Assembly: GCA_963799365.1 (NCBI GenBank)
Contig: CAWCWV010000017.1
Location: forward strand, 199,342-263,341
Direction of reading: 5' to 3'
Source of the DNA: an uncultured Flavobacteriaceae bacterium
Lineage (GTDB): Bacteria > Bacteroidota > Bacteroidia > Flavobacteriales > Flavobacteriaceae
Length of the DNA stretch: 64,000 nucleotides
The notes under the pieces are model-generated. The model was not told the origin of the DNA, searched no databases, and saw only the letters and a program-made list of their open reading frames with translations. The number at the start of each line of letters is the position of its first letter. Position 1 is the first letter of the stretch. Shown one piece after another: positions 58,609 through 64,000 of the stretch. The translations under genes and the position numbers were made by a program.

Positions 58609-59897
58609 AGTCAATATTCAGCAAAGATAACCCATAAATAAAAGCAGGGGCGGCAATACGCATGGAGGAATGGGCGATGGTCAAGAACCAGAAAATAATA
58701 AATGGAAGAAAATATATATTTTTTCTTCCATTTAATTTCGAAATAAACGGAACGAATATTAAAATAAGGAGGGCAAAAATACCCATCAAACCATGTTCCG
58801 AGAACATTCTCGAAATTTCATTATGGCTTGGAAGTTCAATATTTAATTCTTCCTCATAAAAATCGGTTGACCGCCCAACGCCCAATCCAAAAATTGGTTG
58901 TTCACTAAATGCTTTTAAATCGGCATTTAACAAATCGGCCCTACCCGTTGTAACATCTTGCTTTTCCCTACCTAAGGCATCCTTATTAGCATATCTATTG
59001 GCTATAAGGCCATCAGTTTGTAAAACGGAATAAGTCCATATTGCCATACAAGCACCTATCACTGCAATAACTCTATAAGAGATTATAAATTTTGTGTCGA
59101 ATCCTTGATATAAAATAATATATCAAGGTAAAAACTGCGACCATTATAGCCGCTACCAAAACGCCACCTCTAGAAAAAGTTATAATCGCTCTATGCGCAA
59201 ATCCTAAGAGAATAAACATCATTAATAGGTGTAAAAGCTTGTTCTTATACGGAATTAAAAAACGGCTGTACAAGATAAATACTCCTAATCCCAAAACTGT
59301 TGCAACTTGATTTGGACCATATCCTCCAGAGGTTGCTGAAGTAGAAGCTGTTCCTGTAATGACTTCTCTAATATTAATGTTAAAAAAATAAATATAAAGT
59401 GTCATTGAAATTAGAGGGTATACCATAAAATTCAAACACGTAAAAAATTCTTTTAACTTTAAGGATCTACCATAGCAATACATGGCTGCCATTGTTAAAC
59501 ATAATGGACCACTTAGATTGAACAAAATGGTTTGCCGAAAAGTAGTATCGAATTCTTGGTTTAAAAAAGAAACATACACTCCAGGCAATAGGAGTAAAAA
59601 ATAGATAATGTAGGTTAATGAACTTCGTTTAAAACCGTTGTAGAACATTCCAATTATCAAATAAACAATGACCATATACTTACCAGTCTCGTATAAAAAA
59701 AAGGCTTTGGTCATTCTAAAGAATACTTCGGCCCCAACCATATATGACGTGGCAATAAGAACTTCCCTATGTTTATTTGGTAGAACAAATATTCTATATA
59801 AAAAGTAAACAACAACAATCAAAAAATAAATAATAATTGCTCCCCTGAATGCGGTGGCTAAGAGACCTATGCCTAAGTGAAAAAACACAAAGAACAA
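58562..59897 (-). pseudogene. O-antigen polymerase/ligase-like (Wzy/O-antigen ligase family) membrane protein, frameshifted
   Basis: The N-terminal multi-TM ORF 59073..59897 and the C-terminal ORF 58562..59062 (FSEQPIFGLGVG, more TM helices) are in frames offset by +1. The join must lie within 59073-59122. Confidence 0.6.
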
Positions 59898-59936
59898 CGG
59901 GTGATTTGCTATTTTGGTTATTGTTGAAATAGGAGT

Positions 59937-61101
59937 TTATTTTTGTTCTAAAATTTCTTGTAAGATACGATGGTTATAGTACGAATAGGTAAACTTAGAT
60001 GTAATGGAATATCCATTCACAGCTTTCTTTTTTAATACTTTAGTATTTTCACTTAGAATTTCTTTTAAAACAACTGAAAGTCGTTCTGCAGTCGTTGGAG
60101 AGAAACTATATCCATTTTGTTCATTTACATATTGTCCAATACTAGATACCTCTGAAACGATAGGAAGACACCCAAAATTCATTCCTTCTGCAATTACTTT
60201 AGGAAACCCTTCTGAAGCAGTGCTGGGTAAGAGTAAAAAACTACTTTCCCTGTATATAGCAAATACCTTGTCTCTTGGTAAAAAACCGTGAAATAATGCA
60301 GGTAATCCTAACGCAATACACTGTTCTTTATATGCCTTCATGCGTGTACCATTGCCTATAAAATGTATTTTTTTTACTAGCTCCAAGGGTGTATTTGCAA
60401 AAGCATCAATAATACGTTGTACGCCTTTGGCATCATCCAGCCTCCCTACAAAAATGAATGAAAAAGGTCCTTCGTAAGACTTCTCGTTTTATAACAGCAA
60501 TCCCTGCATTTCTATCTTCCAGCGTTAAGCAAGGATTTTCAAAAGAGTAACAGTGCTTTTGTTGTGCTGGCCATTGTCCATTGATAGTTACTTTTCGGGA
60601 TTGTTTTTTTAATAAGTTTCTTTGTAAACGATATCCTAATGGCGCATTTTCCTGGTTCCAATTACCTGCATATTTGTACCAACCTTGTTTTTTACTGAAA
60701 TAAGTAAGATAAGGGATAAGATACACTCCAATTCCTGTAGGAACCCTTAGTTGAAAAGCATCTACCTTTTTCAAGGTTTTTTTTACCACAGCAATTGTTT
60801 TTGGTGCCTGCAACAGTATTTTTAATTTATTAAGCGCTGTTGTTCCGCCAGAGGGAGGTAACGGCACAAAAATGATATTCGAATGAAGATAGGGTAAAGA
60901 ACTGGGCGGAGCTTCACTGGTATGCAGCATAGCCACATGATAAATAGTGTTAAAATGTTCAGCCAAATGGTTTATTTCACTAACCGTAGGTCCCCAACCT
61001 ACTATCCTCCCATGTGCATCTTTGTAATGTTCGGTATGTGAAATAATGGCGAGTTTCATGATCATAAAACCTTTATATATTTTTGAATTATAACGTCCCA
61101 T
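59937..61101 (-). pseudogene. glycosyltransferase (GT1/GT4 fold), frameshifted
   Basis: The N-frame ends at ...AVIKREVL...*. The +1 frame reads NEKSYEGPFSFIFVGRLDDAKGVQRIIDAFANTPLELVKKIHFIGNG...EGFPKVIAEGM. The switch lies at the T4 run on the plus strand, 60487-60490. Confidence 0.7.
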
Positions 61102-62145
61102 GTAAATTTATGGGACCAGGTAATCGCTCCTTGCGAATAGCTTTCATAATCCTGCAAGATAGTTTCTAATGCGCTTACAATAGCATCTGTATCATTATAT
61201 GCGACCAATTTACCTGAAACACTTTGAGAAATTGCATCTTCTATTCCACAGTTCTTAGCTCCAATGGCTGGTAAACCTAGTGCATTTGCCTCCAAAATAG
61301 CTATCCCGAAGCCTTCTACATCCCCTTCTGCAGTGGCCTGACTTAACATAATAAAAACTGAAGCCTTTTGCAATAATTCAATCTTTTGTGCTTCGGAAAC
61401 TTTTCCGTGAAAAATTACTGATTCTGCTACACCTATTTCTTTCGCCAATTGCAACGCAACTTCTTTTTCAGTAGGAATACCCGCCACGTGATACATAGCG
61501 CCAGGAAACCTTTTAAGAATAGCTGGCATAGCCCGTATTACGTTTTGTTGTCCTTTACGTTCGGTAACATTGCCTACCGTTATAAGTTGAATAGTTTCTG
61601 TAATATTAATTGTTGTTGTAAAAGGGGTTGCTATTTCAAACCCATTAGGAATAACTTCAACATGCTTTAATCCCCAGGTTTCAATAAGAGACCTGGTATA
61701 CGTAGAAACGGCAATCACTACATTAAGTCGTCTTACGCACCACTTAGTAACTATTTTTCTGAAAGAAGGAGGCATCGCTACTTCGGAACCATGAACAACG
61801 CCCACTATTTTTTTTGAAGTTACCAGGCTAAGTATCCCGCCAACCCAAAGTGAAAATTTGCCTGAAACTACTACTGTGTCGTTTTCCTTCACGAGAGCTA
61901 ATGCACTGCAAAGGCGCTTTAAATAAGTAAGTAGTATATAATCTTTTTCTAGGGATTCTTTTTATTTGGTAGCCTTGTTTGCTATCAAAAATTGTCTCTT
62001 CTGCTCCTAAAGCAGAACGATAATCTGTCAATACTGTAACAGCAAAGTTATTTTTGGTCAAGGATGCCGCTAAGTGATGCGCATGAATTCCTATACCACC
62101 AGGTTGGGGAGGAAATTCAGAGGCTATGAGCAGGAGTTTAGTCAA
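61062..62145 (-). pseudogene. GT4-family glycosyltransferase, frameshifted
   Basis: The N-terminus (KLLLIASEFPPQPGGIGIHAHHLA, ORF 61828..62145) continues in the +1 frame (ESLEKDYILLTYLKRLCSALALVKENDTVVV..., ORF 61062..61892). The switch lies within the A5/T5 runs at about 61943-61967. Confidence 0.7.
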
Positions 62146-63470
62146 GTGTTTGAATTAAGGGACCTTCGTGTAATTTTTTACTTGCCTTTCGCCAGGAAAT
62201 AAGTACTTGTATACAAATAATAGGCATCAAAAAGATAGAGACAAAGATACCCAAAAGCAATAGTTTTCGGTTCGTTTTAAATCGATAGGGGATAATAGAG
62301 GGTGGCACCGATTTTAGCAAAGCATATACAGCTCGTTTGTTTCCAAAGTAACTCCTAAAAAAATAGAGAACACTGGGTATAGGTCGAGGAGCAAAAATTT
62401 TGTTTGTCCTAAACGCATCCCAACTACCCATTTGTCTCAATCCCCCGGTTCCGACCTTAAGATGAATACGGGAAGCTTTTGGGTTTGAAATATTTTTATA
62501 GCCATTTACATAACATGCGCATACCAAATTCACCATCACCCATACGTTGTTTTTCAAATTGACGATCAAACATTCCTATGTTTCGAAATACTTCTTTTTT
62601 CAGCAATACATTTCCAGTATCCAATTGATCGGCAATACGGTAGAATGAATAATGTTGAGGAATCTTTCCATCTCCTGTGTTCAGTGAAACTCCAGAGGAG
62701 GCATCGGCATTAAAATAATCTAAACACGCCAGATGATTTGTAATCCAATCTGTCCCAACTCTACTATCATCATCAAAAAATAAAAGATATTCTCCGTTAG
62801 ACATTTCTATGGCTGTATTGCGAGCCAACCAAAGTGCTTTTTCTTCCTGCCTTTTGAATTGAAGGTCCAACTGAAACTTTTTGTAGAAGAATTCTGAAAA
62901 TTCGTCTGATTGATCCACTACGATCACTTCAAAATTCTGATAAGTCTGCTTTTCAAGATCTTCTAGAACATCTTTCAAATATTCATACCTGTTTAGTGTA
63001 GGTATAATTACAGATACAAATGGTTTTGAAACCACTAAATCACTAGAGAAAGTACTAAAATCGTTATATGGTAAAACTTCTGAAGAAAGTTGTTGTTTTT
63101 GAACATTTTTAGCATAGGAAAAGGCATTGAATTCTGCAATTGGATTTTTAAAACTGAATAATCTTATAATAAGAACATACCAGGACCAAACTGCACTAAA
63201 ATAAGATCTCACAAATACATATTCATCCTGTAATGGAAGTTTATCAAAACGTGTATAAAAGCTATCCCCGCCCATATATCCACAATGAATTGCTTGCCAT
63301 ACAGTATCGTATTCCATCGCAGTTTTTGAAGTATAGCTGGAATTTGGTACAAATTTTTGCAAAAGCCCTTCAGGAAGACTGCTCACCTTTGGATAGATAT
63401 AGGTTCCGTTCCGCCTAGGAATAGAGAAATAGCGAACAGGTTGCAGATAAAGCAAAAATCTAAAAGGCAT
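62138..63470 (-). pseudogene. GT2-family glycosyltransferase, frameshifted
   Basis: VSVIIPTLNRYEYL...EVIVVDQSD...FFDDDS (GT2 DxD). GDGEFGMR is then followed by YVNGYKNISNPKASRIHLK in the +1 frame. The switch lies near 62505-62515. Confidence 0.7.
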
Positions 63471-63485
63471 ATGCGAAGGTAGGCT

Positions 63486-64000
63486 TTACTCGGTTTCTGA
63501 AAAATAGGTTTCAATAAAAATTTTGGTAAACTTTTCAGCTCCGTCTGTGTTCAAATGGACTTGATCACTAAAATCAACTCTCTGTTCCATACTGCCAGAA
63601 AAGTTAGTATAATTAGGTAAATAGGTGTGTAACGTTTTAAAATCGTCTTTTAACCCATAATACGGGCTCGTAAAAAAATAGATCTTTATATTGTTTTGTT
63701 CACAAAGTTGGATAAGGTTTAGGTATAACTCGTTTTCTTTGGTTATGGTACCATCTGGTACAAACGGTTCATCTTTCTCTAGCACTCCTTCTAACGGCAT
63801 ATACCCCATACTAGCAGTATAGTTATACCCACCGCCAACAGCAGAAGAAACAACCTCCCTAAATCCTAGTCTCCCTGCATATTTCTGGTATCGATAAAAT
63901 GGAACATACTTGTAAAATCTGTAAGAAGCATCGTATTGCTCAAAATAATTATAAACTTCTTCTTCGTGAACATATGGTATCCAAGCGACTTCGCCTATAG
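63486..64000 (-). CDS. hypothetical protein, C-terminal part; the frame is open to the window end
   Basis: The ORF track starts at an internal Met (63809). Manual translation shows the same frame open from 64000 (IGEVAWIPYVHEEEVYNYFEQYD...). No family assigned. Confidence 0.45.
   Translation of the reverse strand, partial: IGEVAWIPYVHEEEVYNYFEQYDASYRFYKYVPFYRYQKYAGRLGFREVVSSAVGGGYNYTASMGYMPLEGVLEKDEPFVPDGTITKENELYLNLIQLCEQNNIKIYFFTSPYYGLKDDFKTLHTYLPNYTNFSGSMEQRVDFSDQVHLNTDGAEKFTKIFIETYFSETE

Noticed and set aside
59103-59128. TTGATATA...TATATCAA palindrome as a ninth FNR-type box
   Set aside because: The half-site spacing differs from the TGA-N6-TCA sites. It also lies inside a coding region with no -7 element at the 23-nt distance.

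Overview
AT-rich chromosomal window that looks like a marine Flavobacteriia (Bacteroidota) genome. The support is a T9SS C-terminal sorting domain, TAnnTTTG-type -7 promoter elements, lipobox-rich secreted proteins and flavobacterial gene families. No rRNA, tRNA or CRISPR was recognised. Contents, left to right: (1) cbb3 oxidase genes (ccoN partial, ccoS, pdxH, ccoI). (2) A CoA-transferase gene split by an IS3 element. (3) A roughly 13 kb stress island holding four tandem-domain universal stress protein (USP) genes, hpf, an ATP-cone/nuclease plus beta-CASP MBL pair, a PAS histidine kinase, an unusual receiver-Crp/Fnr hybrid regulator, and TerB-like, thioredoxin and PPOX-family genes. (4) tesA-ybbA-ybbP-like genes. 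(5) A TetR / ABC / HlyD / TolC exporter operon. (6) cspA, rhodanese/thioredoxin-fold redox genes, MarR and YceI. (7) A complete trpEGDCFBA operon with a WWW leader peptide and attenuator. (8) A second IS3 element. (9) Two very large secreted proteins (a T9SS cargo and a VCBS/FG-GAP protein). (10) pssA, a PorV-like gene and a DUF4105 gene. (11) A polysaccharide locus in which five consecutive genes are disrupted. The main discovery candidate is a putative low-oxygen/dormancy regulon. Eight copies of a 12-bp TGAY-N4-RTCA palindrome lie in intergenic DNA between 1.3 and 21.9 kb. Each sits 23 nt (once 24 nt) upstream of a -7 promoter element, in front of the cco genes, USPs, hpf and the kinase/regulator operon itself. 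The adjacent FixL-like kinase and REC-Crp fusion are the obvious cognate regulators. Other notable items are an in-frame 3 x 24 bp tandem repeat inside trpF, a degenerate ABC ATPase, and the fact that all six frameshifts in the window have the same sign.
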